Translations under genes and position numbers: made by a program | Assembly (NCBI GenBank): GCA_964632175.1 | Contig: CAZWBJ010000002.1 | Coordinates: 13,878 to 77,877, forward strand | DNA length: 64,000 bases | Source: Candidatus Hadarchaeota archaeon | GTDB taxonomy: Archaea > Hadarchaeota > Hadarchaeia > Hadarchaeales > JAWBSP01 | Direction: 5' to 3' | The notes under the pieces: model-generated | The model's input: only the letters and a program-made list of their open reading frames with translations | What the model was told of the DNA's origin: nothing | Database searches by the model: none | Shown here: piece by piece, positions 19,186-29,313 of the stretch | Position numbering within the stretch: position 1 is the stretch's first letter | Layout of the letters: each line of letters opens with the position of its first letter

Positions 19186-20100
19186 ATGGTCGGTATCAAG
19201 AGGTACCTCAAGCTTGGGATCGTGCATTTCATGGCTTTCCCCCAGACGATGCGTGGGGAGGGTCCAATCCTCGAAACGTTGGAGAAAATTGCCAATGACC
19301 CCTTTTTTGACCTTGTGGAAGTGGGTTGGATAAAGGACCCGGAAACGAGGAGGCGGGCACGAGAAATCTTGGAGGTTTCGGGACTCGAAGTGGGGTATGG
19401 GGTTCAACCGCGCCTCCTGATGCAGGGGCTGGATCTTAACACCACTGACGAGGTGCGGAGAAAGGAGGCCGTCGGGGTGCTGAAGGAAAGTGTTGAGGAC
19501 GCGCTGGAGCTGGGGGCCAAAAGGCTGGCCTTCCTCAGCGGTAAAGATCCCGGACCGGAAGGAAGAGGGAGGGCCAAGGAACTCCTTGCAGATTCCATAC
19601 AGCAAGTGTGCGATTATGCCTCCTCCCTCGATCGGGACTTCAAGATAATCTTGGAGATTTTCGATAGGGACATCGATAAGCGTTGCCTGATAGGCCCCAG
19701 CAGGGAGGCACGCGAAGTCGCCGAACTGGTGGGGAGAGACAACTTCGGCCTCATGCATGACCTCTCTCACCTTCCGCTCCTGCAAGAGAAACCCCTAGAG
19801 GCGCTGAGCGAGGTCAAGAGGTACCTAATCCATGCACACCTGGGAAACTGTTGCTTGGAGAAGGGAAGCGAACTTTACGGAGATCAGCACCCGCGCTTCG
19901 GCATTAAGGGGGGCTGCGTGGGCGTGGAGGAAGTGGTGGAGTACCTGGAGGCTCTCAAACAGGTGGGTTATATGGACGGGAGGAAGCCCGTGCCGCTGAC
20001 CATCGAGGTGAAGCCGGCAAAGGGTGAGTCGAGCGAGCTCGTGATAACCAACGCCAAGCGGACCCTCCTCAAGGCTTGGGAGAAGTTGGGCCTCCAATGA
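19186..20100 (+). CDS. Sugar phosphate isomerase/epimerase (xylose isomerase-like TIM barrel), second copy
   Basis: Xylose-isomerase-like TIM barrel pattern; 304 aa. Confidence 0.65.
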   Translation: MVGIKRYLKLGIVHFMAFPQTMRGEGPILETLEKIANDPFFDLVEVGWIKDPETRRRAREILEVSGLEVGYGVQPRLLMQGLDLNTTDEVRRKEAVGVLKESVEDALELGAKRLAFLSGKDPGPEGRGRAKELLADSIQQVCDYASSLDRDFKIILEIFDRDIDKRCLIGPSREAREVAELVGRDNFGLMHDLSHLPLLQEKPLEALSEVKRYLIHAHLGNCCLEKGSELYGDQHPRFGIKGGCVGVEEVVEYLEALKQVGYMDGRKPVPLTIEVKPAKGESSELVITNAKRTLLKAWEKLGLQ

Positions 20101-21083
20101 AGAAAGTTCTCGTCACCAGGATCCTGCCCGGCCCCGCCATAGAGATCCTCAAGCAGAGATGCGAAGTTGAGCTGAACCAAGAGGATCGCGTAATCAGTAG
20201 AGAGGAACTGATGAGAGCGGTAAGCGGCAAGGACGGGCTTCTCTGTCTGCTCACAGACAAGATAGACGCGGAGGTGATGGATGCTGCTGGTCCCAACCTA
20301 AAGGTGATTTCAAACTATGCGGTGGGATTTGACAACATCGATGTGGCGGAGGCAACACGGAGGGGGATAGCCGTTACCAACACGCCGGGTGTTCTCACGG
20401 AGACTACGGCGGATCTCACCTGGGCTATCCTGATGGCTGTGGCTAGGAGGATTGTGGAAGCCGACAATTTCCTCAGAACTGGGCAGTGGAAGGGCTGGGC
20501 GCCCTGCCTGATGCTGGGGCACGACGTCTATGGTAAAACTCTGGGTATTGTGGGGCTGGGGAGGATAGGCAAGGCCGTCGCTAGGAGAGCGAAGGGCTTC
20601 GACATGAGGGTACTGTACTATGACATCAGGAGGGACGAACAGGCGGAAAGGGAACTCGGGGTTGCTTACGCTCCCCTTGAGGATCTTCTCAAGGAATCAG
20701 ACTTCGTCAGCATTCACGCCCCCCTCACCGAGAAAACTAGACACCTCATCGGCGAAAAGGAGCTCAGGCTGATGAAACCTACGGCCTTTCTGGTGAATGT
20801 CGCCAGGGGCCCGCTGGTGGACGAGGCAGCCCTCATCAGGGCCCTCAGGGAGAAGTGGATAGCCGGCGCGGCTCTAGACGTTTTTGAGAGGGAGCCCCAT
20901 GTCCCGCCAGAGCTCATTCAGATGAAAAATGTGGTGCTGGTGCCGCATATAGGAAGCGCAAGCGTGGAAACCCGGAGCAAAATGGCCATGATGGCAGTGG
21001 AGAACCTGCTGGCAGTTCTTGAGGGTAAGATCCCCCCCAACCTAGTAAACCCCGAGGTCATCCAAAGGCTGAAACTTGCCTAA
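20097..21083 (+). CDS. D-2-hydroxyacid dehydrogenase (glyoxylate/hydroxypyruvate reductase, GyaR-like)
   Basis: NAD-binding GLGRIG motif and the catalytic R...E...H triad region. ATG 20097 overlaps the upstream stop (ATGA). Confidence 0.85.
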   Translation: MKKVLVTRILPGPAIEILKQRCEVELNQEDRVISREELMRAVSGKDGLLCLLTDKIDAEVMDAAGPNLKVISNYAVGFDNIDVAEATRRGIAVTNTPGVLTETTADLTWAILMAVARRIVEADNFLRTGQWKGWAPCLMLGHDVYGKTLGIVGLGRIGKAVARRAKGFDMRVLYYDIRRDEQAERELGVAYAPLEDLLKESDFVSIHAPLTEKTRHLIGEKELRLMKPTAFLVNVARGPLVDEAALIRALREKWIAGAALDVFEREPHVPPELIQMKNVVLVPHIGSASVETRSKMAMMAVENLLAVLEGKIPPNLVNPEVIQRLKLA

Positions 21084-21100
21084 CGGGCTTAAAGAACTGA

Positions 21101-22099
21101 CTAGATATTTTGGGAAACTTCCACCAGGTCCGAGAGCAACGCGCTCGAGGTCTCTCTCGGCCCAGCCCCAAAACCGGTGATGGTGACTTCCCTGCCGTAC
21201 TCCAGCTCGAAGCACACGGCGTTGAGGGTTCCACTTACAGCCAAGGGATGATCGAGGGGTACGAGAGAGGGACGCACGCTCAGCCCCTTGGAATCGGCAC
21301 TCCCAACCAGCTTTATGGTGTATCCTGCCTCCTTCGCCAGCTTCAGGGCCTCTGGGGTTATCCTGGAGATTCCCAGCACGCGGACATCTTGGAGGGTGGC
21401 ATCCAACCCGAGCGTTGCATTGGCCAAAATCACAAGCTTGCAGGCCGTATCAACCCCCTCGAGATCGAGCGTTGGATCCTTCTCCGCTATCCCCAGTTCC
21501 TGGGCTTCCCTGAGCACGATGTCCTGGGGGAGCCCCTCCCTCTCCATCCTCGTCAGGATGTAGTTGGTGGTTCCGTTCAGCACCCCCCTGATGGCGAGGA
21601 TTCGGTCGCCCAAGGAAAGCCTCTTCGCCAGCGTCAGCACGGGGATGGCCCCGCCCACCGTTGCCGAGTACCGGAACTGAACCCCCTGCCTGCGAGCAAG
21701 CTCCGAGAGCTCCCTAAAGGCCACCACCAACGGACCCTTATTTGAGGTCACCACATGCCTCTTGAGCTTCATCGCCTCCCTGATATGGGTGAGTCCAGGT
21801 TCCCCGGTTCGTATGTTCGTGGGGGTGAGTTCAAGAACCACCTCTGCCTCCGTTTCCCTTATGACCTCTACAGCCGAAAGCCCGGGCCGGCCGAGCGATG
21901 CGACGGTGCCCTCTCTCTCGGCAGTCTCCAGCACCTTCCCCAGCTCCAGCCCCTTCTCATCCACTACCCCTCCCCTATCATCCGCGACCGCCACCACTTT
22001 CACCTCGGTCCCCTGTCTTTGGAGCGGGTTATTGGGCTGGAGAAGTGCCCTAGCTAGGCCCCTCCCCAAGTTCCCGAAACCGACGAAAATCACCCTCAT
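21101..22099 (-). CDS. hom: Homoserine dehydrogenase
   Basis: MRVIFVGFGNLG Rossmann start and the Hom catalytic domain. The six-frame ORF has a spurious 85-aa N-terminal extension. The Met at 22099 overlaps the stop of the upstream ACT gene. Confidence 0.85.
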   Translation of the reverse strand: MRVIFVGFGNLGRGLARALLQPNNPLQRQGTEVKVVAVADDRGGVVDEKGLELGKVLETAEREGTVASLGRPGLSAVEVIRETEAEVVLELTPTNIRTGEPGLTHIREAMKLKRHVVTSNKGPLVVAFRELSELARRQGVQFRYSATVGGAIPVLTLAKRLSLGDRILAIRGVLNGTTNYILTRMEREGLPQDIVLREAQELGIAEKDPTLDLEGVDTACKLVILANATLGLDATLQDVRVLGISRITPEALKLAKEAGYTIKLVGSADSKGLSVRPSLVPLDHPLAVSGTLNAVCFELEYGREVTITGFGAGPRETSSALLSDLVEVSQNI

Positions 22100-22602
22100 T
22101 GACCCACGACCCTGACGGACAGTAACTCCATTTTCGAGGCCATCTCCTCCACGAGGGATAGGGCCTGGGAGAGGCGCTCGGAGCTCTCGGCCACCAAGCT
22201 CATCCTCGCGGCGGACTCCATCCCCGGGCCCCTCATAGCCAGACTCAGATCCGAGACCCTCACACCGCCCATCGTGTTTAGGGCGTCTATGAGCTTCTGC
22301 AGGTCGGAGTGGACAACGTGGCCTAGGAGGAGGATGGTAGTCTTGGCGGTCCACTCCCTCTCCCCCACCTGCGTGATTCTTATTCCCATACCCCTGAAGG
22401 TTTCGAGGAGCCTCTCGAGTTTCTCCCTGTCCGGAATCTCAAAGACTACGGTGACGGGCAGCCTCCCCAACGGTGTCTTTTTCTCCCGCAGGTGGACCAC
22501 GCTCTGGATGTTGCCCCCGAACCTAGCGACGGGCTCTAGAACCCTCACGAGCTGCCCCGGTTTGTCCTCTAACTCCATCTCTACCCTCACCAGCATCCCC
22601 AC
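22096..22602 (-). CDS. Protein with two ACT domains (amino-acid-binding regulatory protein), co-transcribed with hom
   Basis: Two ACT-like beta-alpha-beta-beta-alpha-beta units; 168 aa. Confidence 0.65.
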   Translation of the reverse strand: MGMLVRVEMELEDKPGQLVRVLEPVARFGGNIQSVVHLREKKTPLGRLPVTVVFEIPDREKLERLLETFRGMGIRITQVGEREWTAKTTILLLGHVVHSDLQKLIDALNTMGGVRVSDLSLAMRGPGMESAARMSLVAESSERLSQALSLVEEMASKMELLSVRVVGQ

Positions 22603-22635
22603 CTCGGGCTGGGAGGTTTTATCCGAGTCAGTCAG

Positions 22636-23226
22636 CTACCCCAGGAGCTCCTCCTCTTCCTCCGAGTAGAGGCAACCCTCTCTGGAGTAGTAGGGACACT
22701 CCGGGCAGCAATCGTTCTTTTCCTCACATTCGTAGTAATATGGGCAGTGGTGGCAGCACGGCATTTTAGGGTTTTCAGATGGTATATTTAAATCTTCGCA
22801 AGCTCCAGTCGGCGGTTTCTCTCTCATCCTTTGCCAAGCTTCGTTAGAGCACTCGGCAGCTCTCTTGCAAGTTCGGCCCCATGCTTCCATGTCGCTAGGA
22901 GGGTCGGCAGGGTCTCGTATATCTGCACCCCCTTTTGATTCCGGGTGTCCTACGATCCTGCCGTTGGTCGACTCCACCCGGATTCCGTCACAAAGGTGAA
23001 CCAGTGGGTACCCTCTCCGGTTTTTTTCGGCGAACTTCCGCGCCACCGCTCCCCCGCGTCTCTTCGTCGTCCTGAGCAACTTGCGCTCCGCGGAGAAGGC
23101 TCCTTCCCCGAGGGTCTTTTTAAGCGCCAGCCTGCGCCTCAGCTTCCGCTTTATCTCGAGATCGGTTTCTCGCGCGCCAGCCTCTCGATCTCCTCCCTCG
23201 GGCAGTTCTCCTCCCAGATTCCACAC
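22636..23226 (-). CDS. Hypothetical protein with a basic N-terminal region and a Cys-rich acidic C-terminus. It may actually be only a 42-aa Cys-rich micro-protein (22636-22764).
   Basis: Long ORF with a GTG start. The C-terminus is MPCCHHCPYYYECEEKNDCCPECPYYSREGCLYSEEEEELLG, with an internal CCxxCPYY repeat. A canonical TATA box (ATTTAAATATA, plus coordinates 22783-22793) lies 19-28 nt upstream of the internal ATG at 22764. Confidence 0.25.
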   Translation of the reverse strand: MWNLGGELPEGGDREAGARETDLEIKRKLRRRLALKKTLGEGAFSAERKLLRTTKRRGGAVARKFAEKNRRGYPLVHLCDGIRVESTNGRIVGHPESKGGADIRDPADPPSDMEAWGRTCKRAAECSNEAWQRMREKPPTGACEDLNIPSENPKMPCCHHCPYYYECEEKNDCCPECPYYSREGCLYSEEEEELLG

Positions 23227-23440
23227 CGCTGGCAGATCATTTCACGATGATGGTACGCTCTCTCTTGCCTAGGTACTCCTTGGGGCAGTCGACCTTGGTC
23301 TGTTTCCGAAGGGCGTGACAGTTCTCTCCAGAAATCCCAGAATCTGGTCTTCCAACGTGAGTCTCTCCCCGTTCAGGACGATTTTTCCTCATGGGGGTAA
23401 ATCGTATATCCTAGCTTAATACATACTCGCCAAGAGATAG

Positions 23441-24346
23441 ATGCCGACGATATTGGTTTCCGACCATCTGCATCCGGACGGCGTGGAGGAGCTTAAGAAG
23501 CTGGGGGAGGTGAGGGTGAAAACGGGTCTTCCCCCGGCAGAACTCCTGAAAGAGGTCGCGGATGTGGAGGTTCTGGTGGTCAGAAGCGCCACCAAGGTGA
23601 CCAGGGAGGTGATAGAAGCGGGAAGGAGGCTCAAGATTGTGGCGCGGGCTGGGGTGGGCTTGGACAACATCGATCAAGAAGCGGCCAAGGAAAGGGGAAT
23701 AAAGGTGCTTAACGCCCCCGAGTCGGTCAGTGTGGCGGTGGCGGAGTTAACCCTAGGGTTGATGCTCAGCTGGTGCAGAAAAATCCCAGCGGCGGACATG
23801 AGCATGAGAGAGGGGAAGTGGGAAAAGTCCAAGTTCATGGGGTCTGAAATGCGTGGGAAAACGCTGGGAATCGTGGGCACCGGCCGAGTAGGCTTGGAAG
23901 TGGCCAAGAGAGCCCAAGCCTTTGGCATGCGGCTACTGGGGTATGATATCGTTCAAAACAGGGAGTTCTTGGCTCTGGGGGGGAAATACGTGGACTTGGA
24001 GACCCTGCTGAGAAATTCCGACTTCGTTTCCCTGCACGTCCCACTCACGGACCAAACCAAAAACCTGATCGGAGAAAGGGAGCTGAGGATGATGAAACCG
24101 ACAGCCGTGCTGGTGAACACCTCGAGGGGTGCGGTTGTGGACGAGGGGGCTCTCGTGAGGGCGCTTCAAGAGGGTTGGATCGCTGGGGCCTGCCTAGACG
24201 TTTACTGGAAGGAACCCCTAGGGGAGCACCCGCTGTGTAAACTGCCCAACGTGATCCTCACCCCCCACCTCGGTGCCTCCACAGAGGAGTCACAGAGGGA
24301 GGCTGCCCTGCTGATCGCAGAAAAAATAAAACGAGAGCTCGAGTAG
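23441..24346 (+). CDS. serA: D-3-phosphoglycerate dehydrogenase-like 2-hydroxyacid dehydrogenase (short form, no ACT domain)
   Basis: GTGRVG NAD-binding motif and the D-isomer-specific 2-hydroxyacid dehydrogenase catalytic region; 301 aa. Confidence 0.8.
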   Translation: MPTILVSDHLHPDGVEELKKLGEVRVKTGLPPAELLKEVADVEVLVVRSATKVTREVIEAGRRLKIVARAGVGLDNIDQEAAKERGIKVLNAPESVSVAVAELTLGLMLSWCRKIPAADMSMREGKWEKSKFMGSEMRGKTLGIVGTGRVGLEVAKRAQAFGMRLLGYDIVQNREFLALGGKYVDLETLLRNSDFVSLHVPLTDQTKNLIGERELRMMKPTAVLVNTSRGAVVDEGALVRALQEGWIAGACLDVYWKEPLGEHPLCKLPNVILTPHLGASTEESQREAALLIAEKIKRELE

Positions 24347-24349
24347 TAA

Positions 24350-24829
24350 GTGTACAGATACCTACGCGAGGCCAATCTGAACCTCGACAAAAAAATGATG
24401 GAGTGGAGGAAAGGTCCAGCTGTGACTAGGATCGCCCGCCCCACCAACCTGAGAAGGGCTAGAGAACTGGGGTACAAAGCCAAACAGGGGGTGGTGGTGG
24501 TCAGGGTAAGGGTAAGAAGGGGGGGAAGGAGAAAACCGAGACCGTGGAGGGGCAGAAGACCAAAGAGGATGGGTGTCCTCAAACTCACCCCCAAGAAAAA
24601 CCTTCAGTGGATAGCAGAGGAGCGGGCCGCAAGGAAGTTCCGCAACCTTGAGGTTCTGAACTCTTATCAGGTGGGGGAGGACGGAAAATACAAGTACTAT
24701 GAGGTCATCCTTGTGGACCCTCACCACCCCGCCATAGCTTCGGATCCACGGCTCTCCTCCCTTCAACGAGGGCGGGTTTTCAGGGGTCTCACCTGCGCGG
24801 GCAGGAGGGCCAGGGGCTTACTCCGGTGA
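24350..24829 (+). CDS. rpl15e: Ribosomal protein L15e
   Basis: L15e family sequence with [14 protein letters not shown]-terminal signature. Confidence 0.85.
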   Translation: MYRYLREANLNLDKKMMEWRKGPAVTRIARPTNLRRARELGYKAKQGVVVVRVRVRRGGRRKPRPWRGRRPKRMGVLKLTPKKNLQWIAEERAARKFRNLEVLNSYQVGEDGKYKYYEVILVDPHHPAIASDPRLSSLQRGRVFRGLTCAGRRARGLLR

Positions 24830-25275
24830 GGCTGCTTCGCGAAGCTTCCGTGAGAGTTTTCGTTCACGCCACCGAATCAGAGGAAAAAGTTAGGGAGATC
24901 TTGCTCCACCTCCTGCCGGAAGGGGTGAAACTCACGAGCACGAGACTCAAGGGACACTTCAGCAATCCCATCATTACCCTAGACGCCCACCTCACCGAGG
25001 AAGAGCAGGTCCTAGAGCTCTGGAGGAGGATTTCTGCCGGGCTCTCGGGGGTGGAAAATCTCCCTCAGGAGTTAGGGAAGAGGATGGAGGGGAGTTCCCT
25101 CTACCTCAGGCTGGACAAGCAGCTCGCCGCGGGTGGCAGATTTCTCCTCACCGAGGGAGGGGACGCCATACACATAAGACTGAGGTTAGGGGGATCGCCC
25201 TCCCAGCCATCAGAGGAGAAAATCAGGTTACTGTTGCGTGAAGCTCAGAAAGAGGTACGTGGTCCTGCGGTTTGA
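24826..25275 (+). CDS. DUF54 / COG1325 family protein (predicted exosome-associated RNA-binding protein)
   Basis: [14 protein letters not shown]-terminal motif. Its position between rpl15e and pop5 matches the archaeal superoperon. Confidence 0.5.
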   Translation: MRLLREASVRVFVHATESEEKVREILLHLLPEGVKLTSTRLKGHFSNPIITLDAHLTEEEQVLELWRRISAGLSGVENLPQELGKRMEGSSLYLRLDKQLAAGGRFLLTEGGDAIHIRLRLGGSPSQPSEEKIRLLLREAQKEVRGPAV

Positions 25276-25495
25276 GGGGGAGCTCGAGGAGGTCTGCGAG
25301 CTCCTCCGCCCCTCTCTCGCCTACCCTGACTTTCTGAAACCCATCCTGCGTGCTGGAAACCTTGGCATCCTCAGGTGCGCACACTTAGATCTGGAGGCGG
25401 TAAGGGAGGCGCTGAACAAAAGAAAAATCTGGGTAGTGGGCGTCTCCGGGACTCTCAAAAAGGCAAAAGGGAAATACCTTCGAAAAGTAGGTTAA
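25238..25495 (+). CDS. RNase P protein component Pop5 (Rpp14), short form
   Basis: [12 protein letters not shown] Pop5-like start. Conserved position upstream of psmA. GTG start. Confidence 0.5.
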   Translation: MKLRKRYVVLRFEGELEEVCELLRPSLAYPDFLKPILRAGNLGILRCAHLDLEAVREALNKRKIWVVGVSGTLKKAKGKYLRKVG

Positions 25496-25515
25496 ATGCG
25501 GAAGTAAGATAAATA

Positions 25516-26223
25516 ATGTTCGTCCCACCGAGTGCGGGATACGATAGGGCCATAACCGTCTTCAGCCCTGACGGCAAGCTTTTCCAGGTTCAGTATGCCC
25601 AGGAGGCAGTAAAACGGGGGCTGACGGCCCTGGGGATCAAGGTGAAGGAGGGGGTGGTCCTTGCCGGGGAGAAGAAGAGGGGCAAGCTACTCGAGGAGGT
25701 CTCCATCGAGAAAATCTTCGAAATCGATGAGCACATCGGGGTAGCCGCCTCTGGGCTCATCGCGGATGCTAGGGTCCTGGTGGAGACGGCGAGGCTGGAA
25801 GCCCAGTTGAACCGCCTGAGGTATCAGGAGCCCATCTCCGTCGCCTCCCTCGCCAAGTACATCGGCGACATCAAGCAACTTTACACCCAGCACGGGGGAG
25901 TGAGGCCCTTTGGTGTTAGACTCTTAATCGGGGGCGTGGATACCTCCCCCCAGCTCTACGAAACGGATCCCAGTGGCGCGGTAGCCAGCTATAGAGCTCA
26001 CGCCGTGGGGGCCGGGGCGGAAACGGTTATTGAGATGTTGGAGAGAACCTACCAGGAGGAGATGAGCCTGAACGATGCCGTGGTTCTTGCCCTGAAGGCC
26101 CTCAAACTGGTCGGGGGCGAGATAACCCCGGAGGTGGTGGAGGTGGCAGTTATCCCCCTCTCTCGAAAGTTTAGGATGCTCACCAAGGAGGAAATCTCCA
26201 AGTATCTCGAGCAGGTGAAGTAG
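25516..26223 (+). CDS. psmA: Proteasome subunit alpha
   Basis: YDRAITVFSPDGKLFQVQYA N-terminal signature; 235 aa. Confidence 0.95.
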   Translation: MFVPPSAGYDRAITVFSPDGKLFQVQYAQEAVKRGLTALGIKVKEGVVLAGEKKRGKLLEEVSIEKIFEIDEHIGVAASGLIADARVLVETARLEAQLNRLRYQEPISVASLAKYIGDIKQLYTQHGGVRPFGVRLLIGGVDTSPQLYETDPSGAVASYRAHAVGAGAETVIEMLERTYQEEMSLNDAVVLALKALKLVGGEITPEVVEVAVIPLSRKFRMLTKEEISKYLEQVK

Positions 26224-26231
26224 GTGAAAAG

Positions 26232-26924
26232 ATGGTAAGGCTGGAAGAGGCAGTCATAGCGAGAGTCGAGGTTCAGGGGATGAACTTCGAGCTTCTAGTA
26301 GATCCTGAGCTAGCCCTAGCCCTAAAGCAGGGGAAGCAGGTGAACCTGCACGAGATGCTGGCCGTTGAGAAGATTTTCAAAGACGCGAAAAAGGGGGAGG
26401 AAGCCCCCCAGAAGGCGGTGGAGGCGGCTTTTCACACCACGGACATTCTCAAGGTGGCGGAGGAAATCGTGAAAAGGGGGCAGGTTCAGTTCACCACCGA
26501 GATGAGGAGAAAAATGCGGGAGGAAAAGTTGAGGCAGATAGTTTCCCTCATCTCCAAGAGGGCGGTGAACCCACAAACGGGAACCCCCCACCCGCCCTCA
26601 AGGATCGAGGCCGCCCTGGAGCAGGCTAAGGTGAAAATCGACGAATTCAAGAGCGCGGAGGAACAACTGCCCACCATCCTCAGGGCACTCTCAGCCGTCC
26701 TTCCCCTCGCTGTAGAGATGAAGAAGATAGAAGTCAGAATCCCCCCCTCCTATGCGGCCAAGAGCTACGGAACACTCAAGGGCTACAAACCTGTTCGCGA
26801 GGAGTGGCTGCCCGATGGTACCTTAAAGGTGGTGGTGGAAATCCCGGCCGGTCTCCAAGCGGAGTTTTTCGACAGGCTCAATCAGCTCACCAGAGGGGAA
26901 GCTCAGGTGAAGGCGTGCGAGTGA
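26232..26924 (+). CDS. Ribosome maturation factor SBDS/Sdo1
   Basis: SBDS family: FYSH domain plus C-terminal domains, 230 aa. It sits in the conserved position between psmA and rrp4. Confidence 0.85.
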   Translation: MVRLEEAVIARVEVQGMNFELLVDPELALALKQGKQVNLHEMLAVEKIFKDAKKGEEAPQKAVEAAFHTTDILKVAEEIVKRGQVQFTTEMRRKMREEKLRQIVSLISKRAVNPQTGTPHPPSRIEAALEQAKVKIDEFKSAEEQLPTILRALSAVLPLAVEMKKIEVRIPPSYAAKSYGTLKGYKPVREEWLPDGTLKVVVEIPAGLQAEFFDRLNQLTRGEAQVKACE

Positions 26925-27628
26925 TCCACGTCCGAAACCGGGACCTCGTGATTCCTGGGCAACTTCTGGCGGAGGGGAATCTGAGAGTGGGGAGGGGGGC
27001 GTACAGAGAGGGGGATAGAATTTTCTCCTCCGTGGTGGGGCTCGCAGAGGTGGAGGAGAGAGGGGTGAGCGTGATAGCGCTGGAGGGCTGCTACGAACCC
27101 AAGATGGGGGATGATGTGGTCGGCGTAGTCTCCGACTCGCACCTCTACGGGTGGACGGTGGACATTAATTCTCCTTACATGGGGGACCTCTTCGCCCAAG
27201 AGCTACTGGGGAAGGTGGATGTTTTCAAGGTGGAACTTGGCGCCTATCTGAGAGTGGGGGACCTGATCTTCGCCAAAATAGGGGAGGTAAGTACCCTCAG
27301 AAAGGTGAAACTACTGGCACGGGGACCAGGTTACGGGAAGCTGAAAGGGGGAAGGCTGGTGGAGATCACCCCCGTGAAAACGCCCAGGGTCATTGGGAAA
27401 CGCGGATCAATGCTTAGCATGATTCAGACCGTCACGGGCTGCACCCTAAAGGTGGGGCAGAACGGCAGGGTGGTGATCATGAGCGAGGAGGAGGAGAAAG
27501 TTTCGGCAATAACCGAGGCCCTGAGGATGATAGAGAGGGAGGCGCACACCTCTGGGCTCACGGACAGGGTTAAAGCCTTCTTAGAGGAGAGGCTAAAGGA
27601 AAATGGAGGAAAAGAAGCTTCTAATTGA
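26921..27628 (+). CDS. rrp4: Exosome RNA-binding subunit Rrp4 (S1 and KH domains)
   Basis: S1 and KH domains. GTG 26921 overlaps the SBDS stop (GTGA). The ORF-track start at 26804 is an upstream extension. Confidence 0.9.
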   Translation: MIHVRNRDLVIPGQLLAEGNLRVGRGAYREGDRIFSSVVGLAEVEERGVSVIALEGCYEPKMGDDVVGVVSDSHLYGWTVDINSPYMGDLFAQELLGKVDVFKVELGAYLRVGDLIFAKIGEVSTLRKVKLLARGPGYGKLKGGRLVEITPVKTPRVIGKRGSMLSMIQTVTGCTLKVGQNGRVVIMSEEEEKVSAITEALRMIEREAHTSGLTDRVKAFLEERLKENGGKEASN

Positions 27629-28331
27629 CGGCAGGAGGCTGGACGGCAGGGCTCCCAACGAACTCAGACCCGTCAAGCTGAAGGTGGGGGTGCTGAAGCG
27701 GGCGGATGGCTCAGCGTACATAGAGATGGGGGACAACAAAATCCTAGTGGCGGTTTACGGTCCCCAAGAACTTCACCCCCGGCATCAGCAACAACCGGAG
27801 ACAGCTGTTTTGAGGTGCAGATACAACATGGCTCCCTTCTCCGTGGTGGACAGAAAAAGACCGGGACTGGACAGAAGATCGGTGGAGATTTCGAAAGTGG
27901 TGAGAGAGGCACTCGAACCCGTGCTTTTCCTAAACCTCTATCCCCGCTCGGTGATCGACCTCTACATCGAGGTTCTACAGGCAGACGCCGGGACTCGAGT
28001 AGCCGGGGTGACAGCTTGCTCACTTGCGCTCGCTGACGCGGGGATACCTATTCGCGACCTAGTGGCAGGGGTTTCCGTGGGGAAGGTGGACGGGACCCTG
28101 ATTCTGGATCTGAACGCGGAGGAAGACCAGTACGGTGAGGCCGACATGCCGGTCACCATGACAGGAAGGGACAAGCGCATCACCCTACTCCAGATGGATG
28201 GACATCTGACGCGGGAAGAATTCAGGAGGGCCCTGCAGCTCGCCGCGGAGGGGTGCGAACGGCTCTACGAACTTCAAAAACAGGCCCTGCGAGAAAAGTA
28301 CGCCTCCGCCCCCAAGGAGGTCACGGGATGA
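27603..28331 (+). CDS. rrp41: Exosome RNase PH subunit Rrp41
   Basis: RNase PH domain with the DGR..NELRP motif. Confidence 0.9.
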   Translation: MEEKKLLIDGRRLDGRAPNELRPVKLKVGVLKRADGSAYIEMGDNKILVAVYGPQELHPRHQQQPETAVLRCRYNMAPFSVVDRKRPGLDRRSVEISKVVREALEPVLFLNLYPRSVIDLYIEVLQADAGTRVAGVTACSLALADAGIPIRDLVAGVSVGKVDGTLILDLNAEEDQYGEADMPVTMTGRDKRITLLQMDGHLTREEFRRALQLAAEGCERLYELQKQALREKYASAPKEVTG

Positions 28332-29095
28332 TAGAGAAACAGAGAATCCTGTCCCTCCTTAAGAGGGAACCTCTCCTGAAATTGTTAGAGCAAGGGAGGA
28401 GAGTGGATGGGAGAGCTCCGGATCAGTACCGCCCCCTCTCCATTGAGAAGCGAGTGATAAAGTCCGCAGAGGGCTCGGCGCTGGTGAGACTGGGAGACAC
28501 CACCGTTCTCGCGGGGGCAAAACCAAAGAAGATGCCCCCCTTCCCTGACTCGCCAGAAGAGGGTGCGCTGATAGTAGGAGCAGAACTCCGCCCCCTAGCC
28601 TCCCCTACTTTTGAACCAGGACCTCCCGACGAGAACTCCATCGAGCTCGCAAGGGTAGTGGATAGAGGGCTAAGGGAGTCGAAGTGCATAGACTTCCGCG
28701 AGCTTTGCATCGAGGCGGGGAAGGAGGTCTGGGTGATTTATGTGGATGTGCACGTTCTGGACCATGGGGGGAACCTCATAGACGCCTCCATGCTCGCCTC
28801 CATTGCCGCACTGCTGGACATGAGGGGTCCGGAAGATCCTGCTTGGAAAAAAGAATTCTCGCTCAAATTCAAACCCGTCTCAGTGACCATAGCAAAACTC
28901 GGAAACAGCCTCTTAGTAGATCCTTGCCTTGAGGAGGAGGAAGTTATGGATGCGAGACTCACCTTCTGCGTGCGTGAGGACGGGGTGATTTCGGCTATAC
29001 AGAAGGGGGGGAGCGGTTACTTTGAAAGCGGGGAGATCCTCCGGGCTGAGGAACTGGCCTTCGCCTGCGCCGAGAAGCTGAGGAGGATGCTCTGA
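28328..29095 (+). CDS. rrp42: Exosome subunit Rrp42 (inactive RNase PH)
   Basis: RNase PH-like fold. ATG 28328 overlaps the rrp41 stop (ATGA). Confidence 0.9.
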   Translation: MIEKQRILSLLKREPLLKLLEQGRRVDGRAPDQYRPLSIEKRVIKSAEGSALVRLGDTTVLAGAKPKKMPPFPDSPEEGALIVGAELRPLASPTFEPGPPDENSIELARVVDRGLRESKCIDFRELCIEAGKEVWVIYVDVHVLDHGGNLIDASMLASIAALLDMRGPEDPAWKKEFSLKFKPVSVTIAKLGNSLLVDPCLEEEEVMDARLTFCVREDGVISAIQKGGSGYFESGEILRAEELAFACAEKLRRML

Positions 29096-29313
29096 TGGGG
29101 AGAAAGAAAAAAGTTGGAGCTGCTGGGAGGTTCGGCCCGAGATACGGGCTGCGGGTGAGGAGAGAGTTCCTGAAGGTTGAGGAGAAAAGGAAGGGCTGGC
29201 ATAGATGCCCGGCATGCGAACAGAAGCGACTAAGGAGAGAAGCGGTCGGAATTTGGAGATGTCGATACTGCGGTGCAAAATTTGCCGGCCCGGCCTATGA
29301 ACCACCCGCCTGA
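29095..29313 (+). CDS. rpl37ae: Ribosomal protein L37Ae (eL43)
   Basis: CPACEQ...CRYCGAKF Zn ribbon; 72 aa. Confidence 0.9.
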   Translation: MGRKKKVGAAGRFGPRYGLRVRREFLKVEEKRKGWHRCPACEQKRLRREAVGIWRCRYCGAKFAGPAYEPPA

